NCBI GenBank assembly: GCA_030770535.1
Contig: JASVEC010000010.1
Span: 744,001 to 808,000, forward strand
From: Batkoa obscura
Taxonomy: Eukaryota
DNA length: 64,000 nt
Reading direction: 5' to 3'
The notes under the pieces are model-generated. The model was not told the DNA's origin. It worked only from the letters and a program-made list of their open reading frames with translations, and did no database searches. The position numbers were made by a program, and so were the translations under genes. Position 1 is the stretch's first letter. Each line of letters begins with the position of its first letter. Shown here piece by piece: positions 1 to 14,673 of this stretch.

Positions 1-861
1 TAACTCAAATACTAAATCATTCTGATTCTAAATTGAGAATTTTAGTCAGTAAATAGATGATAAATGTTTATGGTAGCTTATTAAAACCCCTCTATTTACC
101 TTATGATTTTCCAGTGCATTAGAGATACTTTTGGGTACTTGAATTGAGCCATTTTTTAACTGACCTAGTCTTAAACTATATTTTTTTTCTACCATTACTA
201 TTTTTATTAATATTAAAAAAAAAAAATTAATTTGTTAATGCTCTTTTCATTAAAAAATCACTTGATTTTTAAACCCAATCTAAATAATTTTAGTGGCTGA
301 AATTTCGGAATTGTGAGCTGGCTATTTTTGAAGTTTGAAATGAAGAAATAAAATGTGTAAGATATAAATGTAATATGTGGTAGGTGGGATAGAGATAGAA
401 GTAAAGTTGAATTTATATTTATATTATGATTTTATTGAGCTTTTATTGTTATGTGTATGAGTAAGAGTTCCTAAAATCCAAATTTAAAATTATTAATTTT
501 TTACAAAAAATAAAATAAAGAAGCGTTTTAATTAAACAATATTTAAATAATATAAACTATTTTCACAAAACTAATATGAAAAGACTAAATTATACAATGC
601 TATAAAAGCTATCTAAAGCATTTCAATTTGTTCATATATTAACTGAGTTTTTTAGAATATACAAAGGTTTTTTTTCATTAGATTTTCATTTTTTTTAACA
701 AAAGCTAAGTTGTTAGCAAATTATTGAGATAACAAAAAATATTATAATGATAATAAGACTGATCTTTATGAATTATAAAGGCTTAATTATTAACATAGAT
801 ACTATCTTCAATTTTTTATAAGTTATGATTCTTTTTTCTTTAGCTTGAAAAATAAGAATTA

Positions 862-959
862 GGGGATGTATTTTTTATTTAAGAATTTTACTAACAATAT
901 TTCCACTCAAGTAGCACTTAAAAAATGGAAAAGTAATGAAATCGAAAAAAAACGGCCCC
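862..959 (+). mobile_element. ~98-bp MITE (family copy)
   Basis: GGGGATGTATTTTT...AAAAAACGGCCCC termini, flanked by direct ATTA on both sides. Confidence 0.85.
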
Positions 960-1156
960 ATTAAATATTTCAAATAAATGAAAATTATTTTAAAAATCCT
1001 TTCAACAAAAATGATACTAGAAACTAGGAACTATTTAAATAGCAACGATTTTATGGCTTATTGTTTTAATACCGATATATGTATATGTAGTAATAATGCC
1101 ATCGTTATTTTAAGTAACTTCAGCCTATACAATAAAATCAATAAGTATTATTATTA

Positions 1157-1619
1157 TATGAAATATCGCTTTGTCAGTCCCATGGTTAATTATAGCATAA
1201 CAATCGCCTAAGCTGTTGTGTTCTCGAGTTCGGAGAAAATCAATCCCATGTTCTTATTTTGATTTGTTATGAGAATTTCTAACTTTATCCCAAATAATAT
1301 TATCCTCTCCTTTTGATATCCATACTTGTCGGAGTGTAAAGAGATTTTAGAATATAGTAATTTGAGGCTTTTTAACTGAATTATTTCTTGATATCTCGTA
1401 CATTTAATAAAGCCACTAAGTTTTCTTAATAATATTTTACGTAGATTTTACAATAGTATTGTCTATTCTATTTGTCTTACATAGTCTATAGCCTATTACG
1501 TGCTATTCTTCATGATTCAAGTCTATCTTAGTCACACAATCTAAGACCTTTCAACTTACAGTATAGTCAACCAGGCAATAGCTGTTATTGACTTTAATCA
1601 CTGAGTATCAGATTTCATA
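1157..1619 (+). mobile_element. ~463-bp solo-LTR-like element, copy 1
   Basis: Reverse complement of 2692-3154; termini TATGAAAT...ATTTCATA (mutated TG..CA); internal AATAAA near 1406. Confidence 0.75.
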
Positions 1620-1757
1620 TATATTATTTTTATAAATTTCTTAAATAAAAACTTTTTAAATATTAAATCAATCAAGCAGCCTTTCCCATATGCTAAATCA
1701 TGATTTGATATTTCAGATAAATAATTGAAGTAAGCGAAGTTTATTATGTTACTATAT

Positions 1758-2466
1758 AGGGATGTATTTTTGTATTTAGGGATTTTACTAAGAATTTTTC
1801 CGCTCAAATAGGGATTAAAAGATTTTTTATTTTTGTTTTATTTTTATTTTGTTTTTTGTTATTATATTTATTTTATTTCGAAATAACTTTTTTTTAACTA
1901 TATGGGGATGCATTTTTGCTGTGTTTTTTAAATTATTTAGTATATGGGGATGTATTTTTGTGTTTAAGAAATTTGCTAAGAAATTTTCCACTTAAATAGC
2001 GCTTAAAAAATGAAAAAACTAATGAAGTCAAAAAAACACTCCCATATATTTAAAAAATATTGATTTAATTGCTGTTTTATTTTTTAAATTATTAAAATAT
2101 TTATCATACATCATTTTCTGCTTTTATTTAATATATGGGGATGTGTTTTTGTGTTTAAGAATTTCATTAATAGCTTTTCCACTCAAATAGCGCTTAAAAA
2201 ATGGAAAAAGTAATGAAGTCAAAAAAAACACTCCCATATAGTGATGTATTTTTGTGTTTAAGAATTTTACTAACAAATTTTCCGCTTAAACAGCACTCAA
2301 AAAATGGAAAAATTAGTAGAATTCTTAAATACAAAAATATATACCCATATACATTATCTAATAGACATTAAGAGATGTATTTTTTTGTTTAACAATCTTA
2401 CTAACAACATTTCCACTCAAATAATGCTTAAAAAATGGGAAGTAATGAAATCAAAAAAACATCCCC
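1758..2466 (+). mobile_element. Cluster of ~6 MITE copies (partial ~1758 and ~1904; full 1946-2043, 2137-2235, 2241-2346, 2372-2466)
   Basis: Repeated GGGGATGTATTTTTGTGTTTAAGAA...CTCAAATAGCGCTTAAAAAATGGAAAA...AAAAAACACTCCC. Confidence 0.85.
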
Positions 2467-2691
2467 ATTTATTATTTTTATTAAATTTTAATGAAATAGT
2501 TAAATTATTAAGTAGATGTTATGTGATAATTTTAATTTGCTTACTTCCAGTTTTTTGTATTTCTAACGATAAATTATAATACTAATATTTTATTATTGCT
2601 AATTATTTTTAAATAATCATGTTAATTTTTACTTATACTAAATCTAAAACTTTTAGATTTATCAAAAAATATCAATGCTATAGCTGATAAC

Positions 2692-3154
2692 TGTAAAATC
2701 TGATACTCAGTGATTAAAGTCAATAACAGCTATTGCCTGGTTGACTATACTGTAAGTTGAAAGGTCTTAGATTGTGTGACTAAGATAGACTTGAATCATG
2801 AAGAATAGCACGTAATAGGCTATAGACTATGTAAGACAAATAGAATAGACAATACTATTGTAAAATCTACGTAAAATATTATTAAGAAAACTTAGTGGCT
2901 TTATTAAATGTACGAGATATCAAGAAATAATTCAGTTAAAAAGCCTCAAATTACTATATTCTAAAATCTCTTTACACTCCGACAAGTATGGATATCAAAA
3001 GGAGAGGATAATATTATTTGGGATAAAGTTAGAAATTCTCATAACAAATCAAAATAAGAACATGGGATTGATTTTCTCCGAACTCGAGAACACAACAGCT
3101 TAGGCGATTGTTATGCTATAATTAACCATGGGACTGACAAAGCGATATTTCACA
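2692..3154 (-). mobile_element. ~463-bp solo-LTR-like element, copy 2
   Basis: TGT...ACA termini; near-identical inverted copy of 1157-1619; homologous to 23793-24256. Confidence 0.8.
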
Positions 3155-3156
3155 AT

Positions 3157-3255
3157 GGGAGTGTTTTTTTTGACTTCATTATTTTTTCCATTTTTTAAGC
3201 GCTATTTAAGTGGAAAATTTTTTAATAAAATTCTTAAACATAAAAATACATCCCC
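3157..3255 (-). mobile_element. MITE copy
   Basis: Reverse orientation, immediately after the LTR-like copy. Confidence 0.85.
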
Positions 3256-4174
3256 ATATAGTGAATTATAATGCTTATATAATGTGCTTTTCTCTATTAT
3301 ATTAAAAAATTTAAAGTTTAGTTATAAAAGATTGGATTTTATTTTTATTTTAATAAGTAAGGTCAAATAACTATATGTTTGTATATCAAACATTTATTAA
3401 ATATTTAATAAAAGTAATATAAAAAATATATTAATTTTTTCAACTATTTAAAAAAAATAAAATAATCAAAACGAGTCTTTAGGTTAAATTTTTTATTATT
3501 AAATTTTAAGCTTTTTGAATTTAACTAATCATATACCAAGGACTTGTTAAAAATTCAAAATTTGAATTAGCTTTAGATAAACTTTGAAACTAATTTGGAT
3601 GTCCCTGTATATTATTTTGATGCAAAAATGTGCTAGACTGATTTGTATTGTATATTATTGAGAAGCTACTTTTATAAGCTAAAATATTGCTATTTTACTA
3701 GAAATATAAATTCAACACTAAAATAATATTATCATATATGTTGTGAAATATTAAAATTTAGCTATAATAAAATGTCTATACGAATTAATTCAATATTGAA
3801 TTAATTATTACACAAGATGCTTTCTTTTTATTGTTTTGTCCATTTCTATACGACATAAGATGAAAATATTTGTTAGTTAAATGTTGTAACTAAAAACAGA
3901 TTTTCATATTGATTTATCGAAATTATTTATAGATATATAAATCTTTGAGTGAAAACCCTATATTGTATCAGTCAGCTTCACTAAAAATGATACAACAAAA
4001 CATAAAAAACTATGGTACAGAACAACAGCATTGACTTGTATTTTAATTTTTTAAACCTTTATTTTTAAATAAACGTTACATTCTAATGTGAAAAGCCATA
4101 GAATTTTGTTTTAATTTCTGCACTCTTTATTTCCCCTTTCATAATACAATTTTGAATAAGTAGCCCAACTATAT

Positions 4175-4267
4175 GAGGTTGTTTTTTTTAGTTTCATTAT
4201 TTTTCCATTTTTTAAGCGCTGTTTGAGTGGAAAGATTGTAGTAAAATTCTTAAAAAAACACATCCCC
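4175..4267 (-). mobile_element. MITE copy
   Basis: Reverse copy with ATAT flanks, upstream of SEC17. Confidence 0.8.
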
Positions 4268-4541
4268 ATATTTCATTTTTATAACTATAATGATTATGAT
4301 ACATAAAAGTTGGCTTAATTTATTGTATGAAAGTACTAAATAAATTAATAAATAAAGCACTAAGAAATAAAATAGAGCAAGCTAACTATGATTGGTTCTA
4401 TCTCAAACATAGAAACAACTTGAAAATGACCTAATAATTAAAACGCTAACCTCAAAAAAGCGCTAAAGAGTAGTCTAATTTTGATTTTAATTACAACTTA
4501 GAATTTACCTTTCTTTTTTTAATTTTAAAAATTGGAACATA

Positions 4542-5644
4542 ATGTCGGAAGCCCAAGCACGTAAATATTTAGCCGATGCTCAAACTAAAGAAAAATACAA
4601 GGGTTGGTTTGGAGGTGATAAATTAGATGAAGCTTATGAATTATACAATCAGGCTGGAAATTCATTCAAATTGGCTAAATGCTGTAACTTTTTTTCATAA
4701 TCAATAATTTTTTAAATTGACTTTTTTTTAAAAAAACTAGGGAAGGAAGCTGGAGAATCATTTAAAAGTGCAGCTAGAGTTTCTACTTCTTTAGGTGAAC
4801 AAAACGATGCTGCTACGCAATATGTCAACGCTGCAAAGGCTTATAAAAAGGATTATCCACAAGGTAAGATTTTTTTCATTAGAAGATTGTATAAATCCTA
4901 ATATTTATTTAGATGCTATCGATTGTCTTAAATTAGCAGTAAGTATTTTGACTGAACGTGGAAGGTTCCATTCTGCTGCTATTCAGCAAAAGGAAATTGC
5001 TCAACTATATGAAACAGAGTTAAATAATTTAAATGAAGCTATGGCATCTTATGAATTAGCTGCTGAATGGTATAGCTCAGAGGATTCAAATGCGTAAATT
5101 ACATACTATTGTTTTAACTACATCTTTTAACATAAATTAAAGCATTGCTAATTCGTGTTTATTGAAAGTGGCTGAGTTTGCAGCTCAACTAGAACAATAT
5201 GATAAGGCTATAAAGATTTTTGAACAAGTAGCGAATGATAGTGTCAATAATCCATTGGCTAAATGGTCAGTTAAAGAATATTTATTAAAAGCAGGTTTAT
5301 GTCATCTTTGTGTTGGGGTAATTATAGTCAAAGGCCTTTTAAAAAATATTTATAAAATTGTAGGACTCGGTGAGTACCTTAAGAGCGCTTGAAAATTATG
5401 ATGAGTTAGATCTTTCGTTTTCTCAAACTAGAGAACGAAAACTTTTAAGAGTAATTTAAAATAGGAACTTATTCATTTTTGTAATCGTTGTTTTTAGAAT
5501 CTATATGAAGCCGTTGAACAAGAAGATATTGAAGGGTTTACAAATCATGTGTTTGAATTTGACCAATTAACAAAGCTAGATAACTGGAAAACAAGTTTAA
5601 TGTTGCGCATCAAAAAATCGATTGGTGATGAGTCTTTAACTTAA
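4542..5644 (+). CDS. SEC17: Alpha-SNAP (soluble NSF attachment protein), 6 exons
   Basis: Spliced [48 protein letters not shown]...GRFHSAA...[14 protein letters not shown]...[12 protein letters not shown]; five GT-AG introns. Confidence 0.95.
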
Positions 5645-6238
5645 TGTATTACAAAATTAATGTTTTTAAATTGGTTTTAATATAAGATTGTTAAATTGAA
5701 GTTATTTTCTAGCCAATATTTTAATTTTATATACATTAGCACTTCTATAATAAACTTATCACATTATTTTTAATAAACTTGAACAAAATTTATACAATAA
5801 ACCTATTGCTTTTATTTTTTATATTAAACTTATAGTATCTTTAATAAGGTTGAATGAGACTTATATAATACTAAATTATTTTTTATTTTTAATCATCTCT
5901 TGTCTCTTTTTGTTTCTTTCATGCTTGCCTTTATCAATTTGAGTTTTTACCCAAAGTATTAAGATGGTCGCCATAGTAAAAGCTGCAAAAGGTTGGGCTA
6001 TTTTGGAATTAATATTCATTTTATAAACTAATAAGGAAGAATCCTCTAAAAACCATAGTCATTGAGATTATAATCTCAAGCAACCTTCAGTCTGATTGGT
6101 TGCCTTATTGCAAAGTCTAAGCACAAACTTCAAAAACCGTTAAACCATATGGACTCTCAATTTTAATTGGCCATCACCAAGCAGTATAAAAGGCACTTGA
6201 GTTGGTTTATAAAAAGGTAAAAAACTCTTCTTTTAAAA

Positions 6239-6659
6239 ATGTCACAATATTATGAATTATACCGTAGTAGTACGTTAGGGATGGCATTAACAGATTCTCT
6301 TGATGAGTTAATTACCACTGGCCAAATCAACCCTCAATTAGCTATGCGCGTTTTAAATCAAGTAAGTAAAAGTTTAAAAGACTTTTTAAAAAGTTAATAC
6401 TTGGTTTAGTATGACCGTAGTGTCACTGAAGCTTTAGGAAACCAGGTTAAAAGTAGAGCTACTTTTAAGGTATTTATTACGCACTTTTTTGAATTTTAGT
6501 TTAAATTGACTTTAGGGTCATCTTCATACTTATAGATTCTGTGATGACGTTTGGACTTTTATCATTGAGAATCCTACCTTTAGGTTTGAAAGTGAAGTGG
6601 TCAACGTACCTAAAGTCAAAATAGTTGCATGTAATGCTAAGAAACCTGGGGAAGCTTAA
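6239..6659 (+). CDS. TOA2: Transcription initiation factor IIA gamma (small) subunit, 3 exons
   Basis: [24 protein letters not shown]...[15 protein letters not shown]...KVKIVAC; absent from ORF track because of introns; TATAAAA at ~6185. Confidence 0.95.
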
Positions 6660-7058
6660 GTACCTCATTAAGCACTTGGTTGCTATGCTTTTTAGATTTT
6701 TTTAATTTAATAAATTCAATGTGATAAATTTATTGAATTATTAATCTTTATTTAAATTATTTGTCTATAATTTGTTGCCTAAAGGCCATTTATCTTATAC
6801 TGAAATTCAAGTTGTCGATGAAGCACGTAGTAGATAAAACTACAAGTAGCTTTAACTCTAAAATATTGCTATCCAAAAAAATAATAAAACAAGTATTTCA
6901 ATTTATATTTAAGTATAAACTCAACACGTTAATATTATTCGTTTATGTTTCTATTTGTCAAAAAAAATACTAAAATAAAAAGAATAATCTATGATTTAAT
7001 TTACTAATTTTAGAAGCTCTAATAACCTAAAGTTGTATCTATAACACCCCAAATCGAC

Positions 7059-10000
7059 CTAATTCTCTGTCAAAGATTTAGGCATTGTATTAATACATAA
7101 AGTTTGCAATGGTAGCATTATTGGGAATAGTTTGATTCTTTTAGCAGTTTTTACGTTATTTTCAGGGAGATAAGTAAGCATAACTGGAATTGGCCCAAGG
7201 ATAATATTATACTTTTTTAAATATTCCTTTTCAAATTTCATAGCTGATTTTGCAAAATTTCTCCTCTGTCCTTCATTATAAGCATCATATTTCAATTCTC
7301 CTTTAACGAAATAAAACTTGCCATCTTTAGTATTAATTGAGCATATTTTACCTCCACGAATATCCTCAAAGTTTACTATTAAAAAGGTTAGTTACATATT
7401 TATTCAAGTAATTAGGTATTAAGTTACGAAAATATCCTTGTGTATTAAGCAACAATTTAGCTATATATTGAACGCTTAAATGGCTTATAGGTGAAGAGAG
7501 ATAAATTAGCTGTGACATTGAAGTCCTGCCTTCTCTTTTAATATCGTTATAACTTAGTGACTGTGTAATTGTAACGCTTGGGAAACTGTTTAGATAATAA
7601 AAGCCAGATTTGATTCCCAAGTATGGTTTAAAATCAGGGCTTATCATGCTGTCGATACAATGGTTATATTCAATTGCCTTAATTACATGTTCTTTAGAAC
7701 ACTGGTAAATATATTTACCATCTATATAAATAAAGTCGGAGTTATTATAATTATATATCGATACTAAACTATTACGGTTTTTAACTATTCTATACGGTAA
7801 GCACCATCGATTTAATCTCTTCTGTTCATCGCTAAACTTTTTAGCTTTACCTATTTCAAAGTCAATATAAACTGATTTGATTATAAACAAACTACCTAAG
7901 ACACACCTTGTTATTTTATGTGGATCTATTACTCCTGGATTAAACAAATCATAGTAGTTATATAATTCGGATTTTGGATTTAACATTAAATCCTATTTTG
8001 TATAAATATAAATATAATAAACATAGCAATAAAAACATGATTTACTTGTAAAAGTTCTGGCAATTCATGAGCATGATTTCTAGGCATAAGAGCTAAGAGG
8101 TGGGCATATGGAGAGAGTGGTTTTCCAATAGTAAACTCAAACTTTTCTCTTGGTATTCCAGCCTTTAAAATATCTAGGATAATTGTTTAAAAAAGAGAAC
8201 TTGAGCACAAGAATCATTACTTTCTATTCGAATTGCTCCTCCGCCTGGATAAAACCAATCCCAGGATGGCATTCCACGAAAAATATAGTATATCGTATAT
8301 TGGAGTGATTTTAGATAATCTTTTATTTTTATATTTACATCTTTATTACCCTATATTATAAATTAACTTTATATGCAAATAGTTTTATTAGTTCACTTAC
8401 ATTAAGATAATTTACATTTAGTTTATCCTTTCCATCAATATTCACACTATATTCTTGTTCTTCTTCAGGAAAATCAATTTTAATCATGTCATGATTATGA
8501 ATGACTAAACTAGCATTTTCACAAGCCGATGCCAGCTGCTTTAAATACGTAGATAAATTAATATATTCATAAACTTTCTCTTTAATTTCAATTGGAAATT
8601 TAGTGTTAGCCGACAATTCCAATTTTTGTTGCAATGTAGCTTTGTGTACCATTTTTTTTTCAAAGTAAGTTTCTGCTTCTTTTATAACGATTTGTTCAAA
8701 CTTCATAAATTTTTCTATTTTCTTTTTACCTATTTGAGATACCAATTCAAAAAGATAAAATAAATTTTTAAAATTTATTTCTCCATTAAAAAGAAAATGA
8801 CCTTCTCCATGTTCTAAATAATAAGCATAAACTTCTAGCAATCTATCAAACCCTCCATATTCCACGTTGATACCATAGATACTAGGTACATAATCATTTC
8901 CATTAAAGGCAGCTAATAAAATAAAATCGTCTAATATTCTCTCTTCACTCACCTTAAACTTAGCTTTTTTAGTGTAAAACTCTTTAATGATACATTCTCT
9001 CAATAACGATATATATATTGTTTCAAACTTGAGATTAAATGTATTTGAAATACTATTCTCGGTTGGTCGTATAATAATAAAGCTTGGTTCGTGAGTAGAC
9101 AAAGTCAGTAGAGTTATATCTGCATCAGAGCCTAGTACAGCATGTTTTAAATTCGGATTATAATCTTTTTTGGTTTTACAAAGTCTTATGTAATCCATGA
9201 TCTTATGTTCGCCCTCACCAGGTACCTTATCATTATAAGAAATAATTTATTTAAATTAATATTCAAATCTTACAAGATGACCAGATAATATAATTTGAGG
9301 CTTTTTCCAGTTAGATGAGGAATCTGTGTTACTATTGAGTTTATTGAGCACATATTTTTCAAAATCGGTATATAATTTGTGCATAAACTCAGTGCCTTTA
9401 AGAAATTTAATTTTAACATCTTTTTATGTATCCAAATTAAAGTACCCGGTGTTATTGAAATGGAAGTGACCTCTTTACTTGAGTTTAGTTCATTGATCTT
9501 TTTGTAATCGATTTTCTTCTACTGACATTTAATTATACATATACATATCATATGCTTTTTATTACCAACATTTCATTTATCTCTTCTTCCGTTTGAGTAC
9601 TTAAATTGAATCCCAACTCTTTCCTAGCTATTTTCAACCTTCGCACCTTTTGTGTATTCACCTTAGCTAGTGGAGCGACCCCTACATGAACTTATTAAAC
9701 CATTTTATGATAACGAGTCAAAATTACAAACCATCCGAGGCGATGTAAATCAGCTTTTGAGGCCTTACAGCATCGATTGTTTGTTCTAATCTTTTTATCA
9801 ACTTCTTGAATCTTTGTTTATAACCCACTTCTCTATTTTTGGGTGAAATCTTCATATTAACATGTACCAGTTCATTGAAATCAATGTATAAATTATCTAT
9901 TTTGGATTAGTTGCTATTCCTTTGGCTTGTTATCTCGTACCTATCTTTGGTAGCGTATTTACTGTCGAAGTCTGGTGCGCTAAAGGATAGCGGTGCCTAA

Positions 10001-10076
10001 TAAGTGTTAAGTATTATAGAAATAGCAAGGGTGTATGAATATACTTAAGCCATTGATTAAATTTTTTGATTGCCAT
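7059..10076 (-). CDS. Divergent XRN-family 5'-3' exoribonuclease (XRN1-like, C-terminally short), ~11 exons; 3' end approximate
   Basis: Spliced motifs DNLYIDFN, ASDGVAPLAKVNTQKVRR, ITPGTEFM, VPGEGEHKIMDYI, GSDADI, GNDYVP, PSWDWFYP. Confidence 0.88.
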
Positions 10077-10599
10077 TTAAAAAACAATGTACTTTTTATT
10101 TTTTCTTATATTTTAAATTCTCTTGTTTATTCTTTTAATCGAATTTATTCAATGCTGATTGAACAATTGGTATAATTATTTTTTGTAATTATCATAAAAT
10201 TTGGTAGCTTTAAACTAATTAACTAAAAGCGAAAGTATCATTAAATTATTATTATATTATTATTTAACTAGAAAATGTCGATTCCGTCCAATATTAAAAA
10301 CACTGATTACTATATAGTTATAAATAAATTATAGTTACTATTAACAAAATCAAGTTATATTATGTTTAATCATCTTGTATATATTTCAAAATAATATTAA
10401 TAAACGTTCCTATTTAACTGCAAAATAGCCCATTTAAATAAAATCATGAGAAAAACACTGCTTCTAACTATAATAAACAAAAGCGTAAAAATGTATTATC
10501 TACCTAAAAAAATTAATCCTAGTGCTAAATCATGTAAAATCATATATATAACTATTTAAAATAATATAAATTTAATTTTATACTTGCACTTTTCAACCC

Positions 10600-12117
<1,518 letters not shown>

Positions 12118-12430
12118 GATTGTTTATTTCTATGTTTATTAAATAAAGTGATTTGACTTTAGCTAAAAGCTGGTTTTTTAGGATCAAAGCCTAGAGCCAA
12201 TCAAATGAAATCTTAAATTTTGGAAAGGATTTTGGAAAGAATATTGAAGAATTTTGATTCTTACATTAGGTTGTATACTAAAAATATTTCTAACAAATTT
12301 CAAATTGAAAGTAAATTGTTTAAAGTTTATCAAAATAAATAATATTCAAACCTATAACTTTATTTTATATACTTGGCAATAGCAAACTCGCTTTTATAAA
12401 ATTATAAGCTTTTAGTTTTAAAATAGATAT

Positions 12431-12528
12431 GTGATGTATTTTTGTGTTTAAGAATTTTATTAACAAATTTTCCACTTAAATAGCGCTTAAAAAATGGAAA
12501 AAATAATGAAGTCAAAAAAAACACTCCC
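12431..12528 (+). mobile_element. MITE copy
   Basis: Family consensus, ATAT flanks. Confidence 0.85.
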
Positions 12529-12877
12529 ATATATATTTAGCATTACAGAGTTTTCTTGATAATATAATGTAATACAGTAGGAAGAAAAATGGTCTGAATA
12601 TCGCTATAGATTTTACTATATGTGGTTATATATAATATATACACGAATGAAGTCTATCAAATAAACCTCATAGTAGTATTTTAGATATTATAGAAGAATA
12701 GCCGAGCTATCATAAGCTTATTTAACAAATATTACTCAATAATTAAATAGAACACTTGTCTGATTTTTTACTTGTAAGCATTTTCCTAATATTTTCTAAT
12801 AAAATGAATATTAACTTTCAAACATTTACCAGCTAATTATAATCACTATGAAAATCTTATATAAGCCTTAAAAATAT

Positions 12878-13076
12878 GGAGATGTATTTTTGTATTTAAG
12901 AATTTTATTAACAATTTTTTTGCTCAAATAGCGCTTAAAAAATGGAAATCAATGAAATCGAAAAAAACATCCCCATATGGGAGTGTCTTTTTTAACTTCA
13001 TTATTTTTCCATTTTTTAAGCGCTATCTAAACGGAAAATTTGCTAACAAAATTCTTAAACACAAAAATACATCCCC
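12878..13076. mobile_element. Two MITE copies in inverted tandem (12878-12974 +, 12979-13076 -) sharing one ATAT
   Basis: ...CATCCCC ATAT GGGAGTG... junction. Confidence 0.85.
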
Positions 13077-13410
13077 ATATGTTTTTTCCAATTTAATGTT
13101 TGTAATTATTTGACGAAAAAACAATTCATATAAACCCTCTTTAACTATTTAAAATATTATAAATCTATGAGCTTTGTTCTATTGCTTTAGATACTATCTC
13201 TAATTTAGCTATAGATAAAATGATAATAAAATATGAATTTTTTTACAAGACATCAAAATCTAATATTTATAATGTAAAATCTTTAATGCTTATTCAACTT
13301 AGCTATTTGTTACATCAGCAGAACAAGATAAATACATTGATCAAAAGTGTACAAAAAAAACACTTTCTCCAGAACAAAAAGGTAGCATATTAGCAAAAAA
13401 ATTATAATAT

Positions 13411-13507
13411 GGGGGTGTATTTTGTGTCTAAGAATTTTATTAACAATATTTCCACTCAAATAGCGCTTAAAAATGGAAAAAGTAGTGAAAACAAAGAAAA
13501 CATCCCC
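13411..13507 (+). mobile_element. MITE copy
   Basis: Family consensus, ATAT flanks. Confidence 0.85.
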
Positions 13508-14031
13508 ATATATTTAATTAAGTATTGATTAAATAATATATAGTTTTAAAAAATAAAAGTTATAGTATAATATAAAATAATAAAGATTTTAGTTGATTTG
13601 TGATTATTAAAAATCTAATAAGCTTTCTTTGTTGTTTGTATAATATTTTTTAATAAAAAGCATTAAGTTTTCTTATTTTAAATATTTAGTTACTTTAAAA
13701 CTTTAAACATTAAAATATAATAAATTGATTGATCGATTGATTAATTAGTTTAATTTGAACTTTATTTACTACAACTATTTTTATAAATCATGGGTCATTG
13801 AAGTCAATATATATTTTATAGTTATTTCTTAAAGTGACTTTTTTGCATAATTTAGTATTCATTAGCTCAATTTTTTGCTGTTAAAATTAGTTTTATTTTT
13901 AAATCCTCAAACTACGAATTTAATAATTAACTCGAAATTAAGTTTTATTAGTCAAATTTTTATAACAGCTGAAAAATAACTAAAAGTAAAAATTAAGTTA
14001 AAAAATTGAACTAATAATTTGATTAGCATTT

Positions 14032-14125
14032 GGGGATGTATTTTTGTATTTAAGAATTTTACTAACAATCTTTCCACTCAAATAATGCTTAAAAGATGGA
14101 AAAAGTAATTAAGCCAAAAAAACAT
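14032..14125 (+). mobile_element. MITE copy, 3' end degenerate
   Basis: Family consensus. Confidence 0.75.
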
Positions 14126-14551
14126 ATTTACTGTGTCTAAAAGGTACTTTCAATAGATTAAGGAATTAAATTTCGGTGCTTGAGGAACACCCCCAGGAAG
14201 TAAAGAATTAACTTAGTTGATTTTTTTGTTTTTAGATCTGCATCTCTACTTTTTCAAGGGGTCTACACTGTTATAAAACCATTTTTACTTGAATCAAGTC
14301 CTTTTTTCTATATTCTGGTTGTTATTATAACTTAGGTATTAAATTGGTAAGCTAATTCTCTCTTGATTTGCTTGTAATCTTATTAAACTTGTATTTTTGT
14401 AATAGATGTTCATAGATTCCATGTCTTTCGTTAATAGTCAAACCTTTCCTTCTACTTTTCTGTTTTCTAAGTTTGAGTAAGTTTGTAAACTTAAACTGAT
14501 CTTTGTTTTGCTAACCATTTTCATGAATAAAAAGTGGTTGTAAGAATAAAT

Positions 14552-14673
14552 GGGGATGTATTTTTATGTCTAAGAATTTTACTAACAATTTTTTCACTCA
14601 AATAGTGCTTAAAAAACGGAAAAATAATGAAACCAAAAAAAACATCTCCAATGATGTCAAAAAAAACACTCCC
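14552..14673 (+). mobile_element. MITE copy with duplicated 3' end
   Basis: AAAT|GGGG...CACTCCC|AAAT. Confidence 0.8.

Noticed and set aside
1758..2466. Repeat-spacer-like array resembling CRISPR
   Set aside because: Units are ~98-bp dispersed MITEs with irregular spacing; eukaryotic context; no cas genes.
978..2579. ORFs 978-1211, 1598-1807 and 2304-2579
   Set aside because: Chance frames across LTR-like and MITE repeats.
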